A stretch of 64,000 nucleotides of DNA from Polyangiaceae bacterium (GTDB taxonomy: Bacteria > Myxococcota_A > Polyangia > Polyangiales > Polyangiaceae): assembly GCA_044376115.1 (NCBI GenBank), contig JBILLK010000011.1, positions 128,001 to 192,000 on the forward strand. Reading direction: 5' to 3'. The notes under the pieces were generated by a model, which was not told where the DNA came from, did not search any database, and saw only the letters and a list, made by a program, of their open reading frames with translations. The stretch's first letter is position 1. Every line of letters starts with the position of its first letter. The position numbers were made by a program, and so were the translations under genes. Shown piece by piece: positions 43,586 to 52,854 of this stretch.

Positions 43586-44749
43586 ATGTCCGCGCTCTCA
43601 GGGATTCGTGTTCTTGACCTGAGTCGGCTGTTGCCGGGGCCGTTTGCTTCCTTGGTGCTTGCCGATCTCGGCGCCACTGTCGACAAGGTCGAGGACCCTG
43701 AACAGGGCGACTATTTGCGGTATCTGCCGCCCATGGTTGGAGGCTCCAACGTTGCGTTTCAGATGCTCAATCGGGGCAAGCGCAGCCTGGTGTTGGACCT
43801 CAAGTCTGCGCGCGGGCGGCAAACGCTCGAGACGATGCTTGGGCACTATGACGTGCTCTTTGAGCAGTTCCGTCCAGGCGTGATGGCTCGGCTGGGTTTT
43901 GCGCCGGAGGAGCTATGTGAGCGCTTTCCAAGGCTGATCGTTTGCTCACTCACCGGGTATGGGCAAACCGGGCCGCTCGCTGCGCGCTCCGGCCATGATC
44001 TCAACTACCTCGCTCGCTCCGGTTTGCTGGGCCACCAAGGGCAAGGCACCGAGCCGCCGCAGGTTCCCGGCTTTCAGACCGCCGATATCAGCGGTGGCAT
44101 GTGGAGCGTCATCGGTATTCTCGCAGCCATTTTGGAGCGCCAGCACACAGGCAAAGGGCGCTGGCTCGACATTGCGATGAGCGAGGGCACGCTCGGCTTC
44201 AACCTGCTAGGGCTCGCCGCCAGCATGGTGGGAGAGGCGCCTCAACGCGGGGGCGCGCAGCTCACCGGCGGCATCGCTCCGTACGGGGTCTATCGTTCGA
44301 AGGACGACCGCTGGCTGAGTTTCGCCGCGATCGAGCCGAAATTCTGGATCAAGTTCGCGCAGGCGTTCGCGATCGAACCCAGCATGGGGGACTTGGTGCC
44401 GGGCGAGCATCAGGAGGCGTTGCGAGCGAAGGTCAGTGCGGCCTTCCTGAGTAAATCGGCGGAGGAGTGGGCTGATTTTGCGCAGCTTCACGACCTTCCG
44501 CTCGAACTGGTGCTCAGTCCCGACGAGGTAGCCAAAGACGCCCACATCCAAGCACGAAACGTCCTCTTTTTCCGCGAGTCGCAGGATGGGCCGGTCCCCC
44601 AATTCAAGACTCCGGTATCGCCTGAAAGCGCCCGGTCCGCCCCAATGGCACCGCGTCAAGGCGCGGATACCCGGGCCGTGCTGGCGGAGGCTGGGGTTCC
44701 AGAGGCGGATATCGACGCTCTCATTGCTGCAGGTATCGCAAGGAGTTAG
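43586..44749 (+). CDS. CaiB/BaiF family III CoA-transferase (alpha-methylacyl-CoA racemase-like)
   Basis: LSGIRVLDLSRLLPGP, NRGKRS, FRPGVM, GHDLNY. Confidence 0.93.
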   Translation: MSALSGIRVLDLSRLLPGPFASLVLADLGATVDKVEDPEQGDYLRYLPPMVGGSNVAFQMLNRGKRSLVLDLKSARGRQTLETMLGHYDVLFEQFRPGVMARLGFAPEELCERFPRLIVCSLTGYGQTGPLAARSGHDLNYLARSGLLGHQGQGTEPPQVPGFQTADISGGMWSVIGILAAILERQHTGKGRWLDIAMSEGTLGFNLLGLAASMVGEAPQRGGAQLTGGIAPYGVYRSKDDRWLSFAAIEPKFWIKFAQAFAIEPSMGDLVPGEHQEALRAKVSAAFLSKSAEEWADFAQLHDLPLELVLSPDEVAKDAHIQARNVLFFRESQDGPVPQFKTPVSPESARSAPMAPRQGADTRAVLAEAGVPEADIDALIAAGIARS

Positions 44750-44776
44750 CTCGTTACAGAAGCCTCCCCACAGGGC

Positions 44777-47500
44777 GTGAACCGATGGTACGGTGCCTGC
44801 GTGGCGGAGGTCGTTTGCCCCCAGTGCGAGCATCCGTGTGAAGCGGCGCACAAGTTTTGCCCGGTTTGCGGCTTTCCCGTCTCGGAGTTTCAGAGCAAGT
44901 CTGATGACCCGCTGATAGGCACGACGCTTCCGGGGGGCTACGTCATGCTCGAGCTCGTCGGCGTCGGCGGGATGGGCCGCGTTTACCGCGCCGAGCAAAA
45001 GGTGCTGAGCCGCACCGTCGCGATCAAGATCATCCACCCTCACCTGCTCGGAGATGACAGCGCCTCCGCTCGCTTCATCACCGAGGCACGCGCCGCCTCA
45101 CGGCTCAATCACCCCAACTCGGTGGGCGTGATCGACTTCGGTCGCACCGGCAACCAGCTGTACCTGGTGATGGAATTTTTGCGCGGGCGAGACCTCGCAC
45201 GCGTGACGTGCGAAGAGGGGCTGCTCGCGTTTCCTCGCATCGTGGACGTGATGGTGCAAGTGCTCGCAGCGCTCGCAGAAGCGCACCACCTCGACATCAT
45301 TCACCGCGACTTGAAGCCGGAAAACATCGTGCTCGAGCCGATGCGATCAGGCGGTGACTTCGTCAAAGTCGTCGACTTTGGGTTGGCCAAGATGCGCGAG
45401 GCCAACACCAACATCACGAGCCCAGGGCTGGTGTGCGGCACGCCGGACTACATGGCCCCCGAGCAAGGGCGCGGTGACCCGATCGACTGTCGTAGCGACC
45501 TTTATGCGTGCGGCGTGATCTTGTTCCAGCTGATCACTGGAAGGCTGCCGTTCGAGGCGGAGTCGCCGACGCAGGTCGTGCTCATGCACCTTTCGCAGCC
45601 TCCGCCCCATCCTTCCTCGGTAGCACCGGATCGAGAGGCGCCTGCCGCCCTTGTGGCGATCACCCTCAAGGCCCTGTCGAAGAACCCCGATGACCGCTTC
45701 CAGTCGGCCGACGAGTTTGCGGCGGCGCTGCGCGAGGTGATGGTTTCCGAGCGCAGCAACGCTCGCGATTCAAAAGTCGACGCGATGGAGGCTGGCACCA
45801 ACTGCTCGTCCTGCAGCGCGCACGTACCCCTCGGACAAAAGTTTTGCGGGGATTGCGGAAGTCGGGTCACGCATGCAGCCCCAGCGACGAGCAACGCAGA
45901 CCCCAACCGCCTCGCACAGCTGCCAAAGCTTCCGCTGCCCTTCACCGGTCGAGAGCAGGACCTCGACTGGCTCGAACTCACTCGCTTCGAAGTGGGTTCT
46001 TGGGTAACGACAGCCCGGCTGGTCGGGGATCACGGTGTCGGCAAATCCCGGCTGATTCGCCAGTTCGTTGCCAACGCCCTTTCTTCCAATGACTTCGTGG
46101 TTGAAGTCGGCCCCGATCCTTGGACCGCAGACGTGGGCTACTGGGCTGTTCGAGCCGCCATCGTTGGGCTCGCTAGTCTGCCTGAAGACGGCGGAAACGC
46201 CGCCGAGTGGACGGGCGCCACGCCGGAAGCCCGGCGCGGACTCGAGGAGATCTTCGGGCACCCACCGCCGCAAGGGCCCACTCGCGAGTCGACGCCGCAG
46301 CCTTGGGAGGTCGAGCGCAGCGAGATGTCGTTCACCGACCGACGCTTCGTCGCGGCTGAAGCTTTGCGCTGGGCGATGGCACGCGGTGCTCGCGCCGCAC
46401 AGAAGAATCGCGTCATCCTCATCGTCGAGGATGTGCAGGCGATCGATGGGGCAAGCCGCAACGCTTTCATCGATGTGATTCACGAGCCGCCGCTCGTGGG
46501 GATGTTGGTGCTCGGGACGCACCTACCTGATTTCGATTCAGGCTGGGGCGGCCCCGAACGGCAGTTGACCGGCATTTCGCTAGCCGCTGCGCACTCGCTA
46601 GCGCGCGGGTTTGCGCCTGCTCCCAAAGGCGAGGATGGCAGCGCAGCAAAGACGATCTCCCCGATGTATGTGGAGCAGCTCATTCGCTACACGATCGAAG
46701 GCGGCAAAGGGCCCGCGGCACGTCTTGGCGATTTGGTAGCACAGCGCCTCGAGCGGCTTCAAAGTGACGCTCGCCGACTGCTTCAAGGCTTGGCCGTTCT
46801 CGGTGATGAGACCGAGGCCGATCACTTGCTCACCACCGTTCCGGTCGCTGACCCTGACGGGGCGATGGATGAACTGCGGACGGCTGGCTTCATCGAGGTT
46901 CACACGATGAAAGTGCGCGTCGCTCACCCGTTGGTTCGTGAGGTGGTGCTCGCCACCATCCCGGCCGGCGTCAAACGCGAGCTGCACGAAAAGGCCGGGG
47001 TCGACAAGAACGGCAACACGCGTCGCGTGCCGCCTGAGGTCCTCGCCTTCCACGCCTATCACGCGCAAAACTCGTTTGAGGCGTTGATGCTGCTCGAGAC
47101 CATCGCAACGCGCGCCTCGGCCCGTGGGGATCTCAGCGGCAGCGTAATCGCTCTGCGGCGTGCTCTAGACCTAGCCCGACGCGAGCTGTTCCGTGGGGAC
47201 ATCGACGATCCTGTCCGTGCGGTGTTGATCTTTTCGCGCAAGCTCGGCGAGGCTCTCGTGCGAGCCGGGAACCACGCTGACGCGAATGGCGTATTGCTGG
47301 AGGCGCTCGATTTGGCAGGTCCGAGCGGACAAGATCGAGTGCAAGTGCTCGGAGCGCTCGCGCTCTCGGCCCGCGAACGCGAGCGGCCTACCGAGGCCAA
47401 GAAGTACCTGAAGGAGGCTATCCAACTCGCGAAAGACGAGCTGCTGGTCGACCTTGTAGACTCGCTCGAGCGGGCCCGACGAGACTGGGCCCTTCCGTGA
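44777..47500 (+). CDS. Ser/Thr kinase with zinc ribbons, AAA/P-loop domain and helical C-terminus
   Basis: CPQC..CPVCG, GVGGMGRVY, HRDLKPEN, DFG, second CSSC..CGDCG, GDHGVGKS and LIVED. Alternative start at 44801. Confidence 0.93.
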   Translation: MNRWYGACVAEVVCPQCEHPCEAAHKFCPVCGFPVSEFQSKSDDPLIGTTLPGGYVMLELVGVGGMGRVYRAEQKVLSRTVAIKIIHPHLLGDDSASARFITEARAASRLNHPNSVGVIDFGRTGNQLYLVMEFLRGRDLARVTCEEGLLAFPRIVDVMVQVLAALAEAHHLDIIHRDLKPENIVLEPMRSGGDFVKVVDFGLAKMREANTNITSPGLVCGTPDYMAPEQGRGDPIDCRSDLYACGVILFQLITGRLPFEAESPTQVVLMHLSQPPPHPSSVAPDREAPAALVAITLKALSKNPDDRFQSADEFAAALREVMVSERSNARDSKVDAMEAGTNCSSCSAHVPLGQKFCGDCGSRVTHAAPATSNADPNRLAQLPKLPLPFTGREQDLDWLELTRFEVGSWVTTARLVGDHGVGKSRLIRQFVANALSSNDFVVEVGPDPWTADVGYWAVRAAIVGLASLPEDGGNAAEWTGATPEARRGLEEIFGHPPPQGPTRESTPQPWEVERSEMSFTDRRFVAAEALRWAMARGARAAQKNRVILIVEDVQAIDGASRNAFIDVIHEPPLVGMLVLGTHLPDFDSGWGGPERQLTGISLAAAHSLARGFAPAPKGEDGSAAKTISPMYVEQLIRYTIEGGKGPAARLGDLVAQRLERLQSDARRLLQGLAVLGDETEADHLLTTVPVADPDGAMDELRTAGFIEVHTMKVRVAHPLVREVVLATIPAGVKRELHEKAGVDKNGNTRRVPPEVLAFHAYHAQNSFEALMLLETIATRASARGDLSGSVIALRRALDLARRELFRGDIDDPVRAVLIFSRKLGEALVRAGNHADANGVLLEALDLAGPSGQDRVQVLGALALSARERERPTEAKKYLKEAIQLAKDELLVDLVDSLERARRDWALP

Positions 47501-47516
47501 GGAGAGCCGTTCGCTG

Positions 47517-48575
47517 ATGGACCGTCCCAGCTTGGTTGGCGCAACCGAAGGCGTGTCGCTCCCAACGCTGATTGCACGCTGGGACCTCGACAAAACATAC
47601 CTGCGCACGGACTTCGACACGGTCAAAGATCTCGTGCGCACCGCGCTCGAGCGGCCCGACCAGAAACGTACTGTGCCTGGCGCAGCGGCGCTGTTGCGCC
47701 AGCTGCAGAAGGCCGGGGTTGAGACGCACATCTTGAGCGGCAGTCCAGAGCAACTTCGGTCGCGCATCGTGGAGAAGCTTCAACTGGACGGAGTGCGTTA
47801 CGCGTCGCTGCGTCTAAAGCCGAACCTACAAAACCTCCTACGCTTACGCTTTCGCGCGTTGCGCGGCCAGCTCGGTTACAAGCTACCGGCGTTGTTGCTC
47901 GGCCGATGTGAGCTTGCCAACCAGACGCTCAACGGTGCGCTGCTTCACGAAGTGCTGCTGGGAGACGATGCAGAGGCCGACGCCTTCGTCTACTCGCTGT
48001 ACGCGGACATCTGTGAAGGTCGAGTGCCCGACGATGTGCTGGCCAAAGTGCTGACGATCGGCGGCGCTTACGAAGACACCGTTCGAGACGCGCAACGCTT
48101 CGCTCAGTACGTCACCAAAGGGCCTGTCGTCGAGCGCATCCTCATCCACCTCGAACGACAGAGCTCGCCCGGTGACTTCGCAGTGTTCGGGCCACGCGTC
48201 GTCCCCTTCTTCAACTATCTGCAGGCAGCCTTCGTGCTGTTCGAGGATGGAAGAATCTCGGCCAAAGCCGTCATCTCGGTCGCCAGTGAACTCGTCACGG
48301 TCCACAACTTCCAGCGCGCGGGGCTCTCACGCAGCTACGCCGACTTGGCTCGACGTGGCCACCTGCATGGGCTTCGATTGGAGGAGCTCGCCGTCGAACT
48401 CGAGGAACTCGTGCAGCGCCCCGGCTTCGTCGCGGCCGGAGACTTGATGGCCATGCTCGATGAAATTCGTCAGGTTCCCATCGCGCAAGAGAAACCACGG
48501 TCGGCTCACTCAGTCGACTACCTCGCGTTGGTGAAGGACCACAACCCGCGGCACAAGAAGAGCAAGAAGCACTGA
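47517..48575 (+). CDS. HAD-superfamily (App1/LNS2-like) phosphatase-domain protein
   Basis: WDLDKT (DxDxT), ILSGSP, GDDAEAD. Confidence 0.75.
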   Translation: MDRPSLVGATEGVSLPTLIARWDLDKTYLRTDFDTVKDLVRTALERPDQKRTVPGAAALLRQLQKAGVETHILSGSPEQLRSRIVEKLQLDGVRYASLRLKPNLQNLLRLRFRALRGQLGYKLPALLLGRCELANQTLNGALLHEVLLGDDAEADAFVYSLYADICEGRVPDDVLAKVLTIGGAYEDTVRDAQRFAQYVTKGPVVERILIHLERQSSPGDFAVFGPRVVPFFNYLQAAFVLFEDGRISAKAVISVASELVTVHNFQRAGLSRSYADLARRGHLHGLRLEELAVELEELVQRPGFVAAGDLMAMLDEIRQVPIAQEKPRSAHSVDYLALVKDHNPRHKKSKKH

Positions 48576-48701
48576 CGCCGCTGTGAGCGTCGCGAGGCGA
48601 GCCTCATTTTTGTGCAACCGGGTAGAAACCACCAGAAAGCAGTGCTAGCAAAGGCCGCGCTGCTCGGACTCTTCGGAGCAGGCGCGCTGACCTAGACCGG
48701 T

Positions 48702-49337
48702 ATGGCACCGGTCCTCTTCTGCACCAGTGAGGGTTTTTCGGTGGATAGTGATCTTGCCGAAGCTGTCGCGACTCTAAAGACAGCTTTTACCCAACGAAAG
48801 ATCCCGGCGACGTTTGCTCCCGCGGACCCCCAAGAGATCGAGCGGCTCAGGAAGTCCCTTAAGATCCCGGCACGGTTTCGTTCGCTGCTTGCCGCCGCTG
48901 ATCCAGTCGACGTTGAGACTGTCACTCCTGTCGAGCGTGTGAGGCTGTTTCCGGCGGCCAAGCTCTATGAAGAGCAGGTCGGTTACGCGGTTCCCGAGGA
49001 GGGCGGGCAACCCAAGCCTGAGTGGCGTAAGAGCTGGATCATCATCGGAAGGAGCGCGTTGCTCGGGGATCCGTACTTCATCGACATCACGAAGCTCGAC
49101 GCCGAAGGGGATTGCCCCGTCTTCACCGCAATGACTGGGACGGAGCAGCTCAAGCCCACGCTGTGCGCTTCGAGCTTGCAACAGTTTCTCCGCATCTTGG
49201 CTGCGTCGATGGAGGTCGCCTCTGGCTTTGGAGAGGCCGTTCTCGACGATGATGACGAACGAACCTTTCGTGAAACACTCGCGCCACACGTGAAGAACAT
49301 CGACCCTGCTGCGCTGCGCGCGGGCCACTGGACTTAG
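48702..49337 (+). CDS. SMI1/KNR4 (SUKH) family protein
   Basis: PADPQEIERL...KIPARFRSLL, W..IG....GDPYFID...DCPV...ASSLQQFL. Alternative start at 48741. Confidence 0.78.
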   Translation: MAPVLFCTSEGFSVDSDLAEAVATLKTAFTQRKIPATFAPADPQEIERLRKSLKIPARFRSLLAAADPVDVETVTPVERVRLFPAAKLYEEQVGYAVPEEGGQPKPEWRKSWIIIGRSALLGDPYFIDITKLDAEGDCPVFTAMTGTEQLKPTLCASSLQQFLRILAASMEVASGFGEAVLDDDDERTFRETLAPHVKNIDPAALRAGHWT

Positions 49338-49349
49338 CGAGCTTCGCTC

Positions 49350-51251
49350 ATGAAGTGCGCAGCCTGCGGTGGCTCAAACGAGGCTGGCTCTTCTTGGTGC
49401 ACGAGCTGCGGGAAAGCACTCGGCTCGGGCGTCGCTAAGACGTCGCCCGGCGAGCCGGCTGCCGCTGCCTTCGAGGCCATGCCCGCCGTGAAGACGGAGC
49501 CCTCGAGCGGACCGCTGGTTTCGGATAAGGCAGCCGTCGCGAAGCAAGACCCGCTGGCAGCTGGCTCCATCATCGACAACAAGTACAAGCTGATGCGCGT
49601 CCTCGGAGAAGGAGGGATGGGCATCGTTTACCTCGCCGAGGACATTCACTCGGGCATTCAGATCGTACTGAAGGCCATGCGACCAGAGCTCTCCCACCGC
49701 AAAGACGTGCGAGAGCGCACCCTCGCGGAAGGTCGCACGCTGGCGAGAATAGACCACCCGAACGTCGTCCACCTCAACGCGATCGTGGCGGATCACACCG
49801 GGCTTTGGCTCGTCATGCAGTACATCGATGGCGAGAGTCTCGACAAGACGATCAAACGGTATCGAGGCGAGAATCACTTCGTTTCGTTCACGGTCGCGAT
49901 GGATATCTTTCGTCAGATCTTGGACGGCGTAGCGGCTGCGCATCGGGATGGCGTGATTCATCGCGACCTCAAACCCGCCAACGTCTTGGTGCGTCGCAAA
50001 GATGGCGTGGCCAAGGTGACTGACTTCGGCATCGCCAAGCCGGAGGAACAAGCGCGAGTCGGCCAAGGCAACACCAAGGGCGTCATCGGTTCCCTCTGGT
50101 ACATGTCGCCCGAGCAAGTCCAGGGTCGGCGCGACCTCGACAAGAGGCTCGACATCTACGCGCTCGGCATATTGCTGTTCGAGTTGTTGACGGGCAGCGT
50201 GCCCTTCCAAGCGGAGTCGAGCTACGAGATCATGCGGTTGCACGTAGAAGAACCACTGCCGCGAGTTCTCGAGAGACGCAAAGATGCCCCCGCCTGGGTG
50301 GATCGGATCCTCGCGCGCGCCTGTGCAAAGAAGCGAGAAGACCGCTACCACAGCTGTGAAGAGTTCCTAGCTGACATCGACCGTGAGATGGGAGCCGGCT
50401 TGCGCCCTGCGGCCGGTGCGACGCGCATACTGCCGTCGATCCCAGCTCCCGAACCGACCCAAAGCGATGACGAGAAGAAGCCGGCTGCGGTCAGCCCTAC
50501 GACGAAGCCGCCGGCCCCGAAGCCGACCACGCAGCACGTTAAAGAGACCGCAGCTGCGGCCGAAGCGCCCTCATCAGCCGCGCAAACCAGCCCCGACGCA
50601 GAGGGAAGCAGCCGCCTCCCAAAGATCGCTGTCGCGCTCGCGCTCGTGGTTGCAGCGGGTGTTGGTGGCTACTTCTTGTTGGGCCGCTCTGATTCGAAGC
50701 CGAAGCAAACGCCGCAGGCGAGCAGCGACGTCGATACCGAGCCCAGCGCCCCAACCGAGCCCGCCGCTAGCGCTTCGTCGATCGCGGCCAGTACGAGGGT
50801 GCGCCCTGCAGACGTCATGGCCACGCTGGTCGGCCGTTGGAAGAGCGAGGGAGGGACGGATTTCGATGCCGTGCGTGTAGGCGACACGGTCGAGTTTCGC
50901 GTCGTGGACCCCGCGCAGTTTGCGCCGGTCGAATACGCGGTCGGAGAGGCTCGCTTCACCCTCAGACTCGGGACGCCCGCGGGGACCTTCAAAGTCGAGG
51001 AGACGATGCGCCCGTTCTTCAAGGAGCCGTTTGACCCCAAGGCGCGCACGACCTGCCAAGAGATTTGGTCGGAGGTCGAGGGCAAGCCGCTGCTCGCGAC
51101 GCTCGACGGTGAATCGTTGCGAGTCGACTTCGCGCGCGCAACGTTCTCTCCGAGCATGGCCGTCGTGAAGGACGGCAAGGTCGTCAAATGCCAAAGCCTG
51201 CGAGGGTCCGTCGCAGGCCGAGGAAGGACAACGTTGAAGCGCCAGCCGTAG
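49350..51251 (+). CDS. Membrane Ser/Thr protein kinase with N-terminal zinc ribbon
   Basis: CAACG..CTSCG, LGEGGMGIVY, HRDLKPAN, DFG, YMSPEQ, a TM helix and an extracytoplasmic domain. Confidence 0.94.
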   Translation: MKCAACGGSNEAGSSWCTSCGKALGSGVAKTSPGEPAAAAFEAMPAVKTEPSSGPLVSDKAAVAKQDPLAAGSIIDNKYKLMRVLGEGGMGIVYLAEDIHSGIQIVLKAMRPELSHRKDVRERTLAEGRTLARIDHPNVVHLNAIVADHTGLWLVMQYIDGESLDKTIKRYRGENHFVSFTVAMDIFRQILDGVAAAHRDGVIHRDLKPANVLVRRKDGVAKVTDFGIAKPEEQARVGQGNTKGVIGSLWYMSPEQVQGRRDLDKRLDIYALGILLFELLTGSVPFQAESSYEIMRLHVEEPLPRVLERRKDAPAWVDRILARACAKKREDRYHSCEEFLADIDREMGAGLRPAAGATRILPSIPAPEPTQSDDEKKPAAVSPTTKPPAPKPTTQHVKETAAAAEAPSSAAQTSPDAEGSSRLPKIAVALALVVAAGVGGYFLLGRSDSKPKQTPQASSDVDTEPSAPTEPAASASSIAASTRVRPADVMATLVGRWKSEGGTDFDAVRVGDTVEFRVVDPAQFAPVEYAVGEARFTLRLGTPAGTFKVEETMRPFFKEPFDPKARTTCQEIWSEVEGKPLLATLDGESLRVDFARATFSPSMAVVKDGKVVKCQSLRGSVAGRGRTTLKRQP

Positions 51252-51266
51252 GCGGCCAAGCAGCGA

Positions 51267-52337
51267 TCAGAAGCCGCCGACCACCTCCGGCACGCTGGTG
51301 GGTTTGCTGCCGTTGAGCACCGAACACTTCACGGTCGTCGTGGCAGTCTCGCTGCTCGCGCGACCGCCACCCGCAACCAGCGGCGAGAACAGCGACACCA
51401 CGCTGGCTTGCGCTTCTGCAGCGCCTGCGGGCGGAACAGCGTTTCCACTGGTGTCATAGACCGCCACGCTCGAGGCGATGCCCTTGGCGACCTCACCACT
51501 GGGGAAGCTGAGATTCACTGTCACGCGCACCAGTGAACCCGCGCCGTTACTTACACCAAAGGCGATCGGCTTCTTGGCGATCGACGAGCAAAACCCGGGG
51601 GCCCCTGGTCCGTTCGGCGGCCCATAGGTTGAGAAAGCCCACTGCTGAACGTTGACCGTGTACTCGTTACCTCCGCCACCGCTGGCATAGGGCACACAGC
51701 GATTGTAGGCCGGATCGAACTGCTCGCCTGTGGCACACTCACCGCCCTTGGCGCAGGCCGTACCGTTCCAAACCTCGTCCTTCGCGCAGGACTGAGCGGC
51801 TGGAACACATGCGCCCTGGCCCTGACTCACGACCAGGACCTCGGGTGGCTGACAACCCAAGGTCTGACCGGCGCCAAGTTGAACGCCCGTTTGCGCTGCC
51901 ACTTGCTCCTTCGGCAGGCAGAGCCCGGTCGTCTCGTCGAGTTGGTCCCCCGGGCGACACTGAAGCTTCACGCAACCACCGCGCGTTTGACCAGGCTGGA
52001 TCACCCAACCAAATCCTTTGCCGCAATATTCGTTCGCGTCGGCTTGGGTGAGGCATTGGCCGGCGACGTCGTAATGGCCCGGCGAACAGACGCAACGCCT
52101 TCGCTTGAGGTTGTACTCGGCCCCGTCCTGACACGAGGAGATCGAGCACTTGCAGTTCTTCCCCTCGCAAATCTGGAGAAAACAAGAGTTTGCCGGGCAG
52201 CCAGTCAGCAACAAGGGCGCGAGCGCCGACGTGGCCAAAAGGGTCGAACCCAGGAGCGCCGCCCCTTTCCAGCGAGAGGCGGCCAGAGCGAAGTGGTTTG
52301 AAAGGTCGTGAAACACGCGCACGGCGTGACCGTACAT
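51267..52337 (-). CDS. Cys-rich hypothetical lipoprotein
   Basis: LLTGC lipobox followed by EGF-like C-x2-G...C repeats. Start uncertain. Confidence 0.78.
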   Translation of the reverse strand: MYGHAVRVFHDLSNHFALAASRWKGAALLGSTLLATSALAPLLLTGCPANSCFLQICEGKNCKCSISSCQDGAEYNLKRRRCVCSPGHYDVAGQCLTQADANEYCGKGFGWVIQPGQTRGGCVKLQCRPGDQLDETTGLCLPKEQVAAQTGVQLGAGQTLGCQPPEVLVVSQGQGACVPAAQSCAKDEVWNGTACAKGGECATGEQFDPAYNRCVPYASGGGGNEYTVNVQQWAFSTYGPPNGPGAPGFCSSIAKKPIAFGVSNGAGSLVRVTVNLSFPSGEVAKGIASSVAVYDTSGNAVPPAGAAEAQASVVSLFSPLVAGGGRASSETATTTVKCSVLNGSKPTSVPEVVGGF

Positions 52338-52641
52338 CGTTCATTCAGCGGCTGAACCAGAAACTGCGGTGGCCGCGGCAGGCATGGTCAAAGAATGATC
52401 CATTTTCCGCAATCAACCACGAAACCGGGTCATTCCAACCGAGTGTCGTGTGTGTTACGAGCCCGTGCTCGGGGCGGAGAACCCGAGCGGGGTGGTGCAA
52501 CCGCCCCGGGTGGAAAGGAGTAAGGAACCTAACGGCCAACGAGGACGCTTCGAGCGTGGAGACGAATGATTGCGCACAGCCAAGTTGCTAAGGCTTTGAT
52601 CAATCGAGAGTTTTAACCGCACGAGCCGCCCGCTACGCCCT

Positions 52642-52657
52642 AGGCATGAACCCTGCT
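52642..52657 (+). promoter_or_regulatory. Candidate sigma54 (-24/-12) promoter
   Basis: AGGCATGAACCCTGCT: GG (52643-44)-N10-GC (52655-56), close to the consensus TGGCACG-N4-TTGCW, about 200 bp upstream of the giant lipoprotein gene. Confidence 0.55.
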
Positions 52658-52854
52658 TCCCGCTCCGAGGACCTTTGTGTCCATCGCACACTCCCTTGTG
52701 GGTGGGGCAACTTTCCCAACCGAGACCGTTAGCAAGCGAACGCCGCAAGTTCTTCCGAGAGTTGGGCGGCAAACAAGTTCTACGAAGTTTTTATGCAGTT
52801 TTTTGACTTGAGCTCGGGTTGCCGAGCTCTGGAAGTATCAAGGAGGACAAGCCG

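Noticed and set aside
52340..52640. Riboswitch or ncRNA in the long intergenic region
   Set aside because: Several GC-rich hairpins are possible, but I recognise no riboswitch, tRNA or SRP consensus. An Rfam/Infernal scan would be needed.
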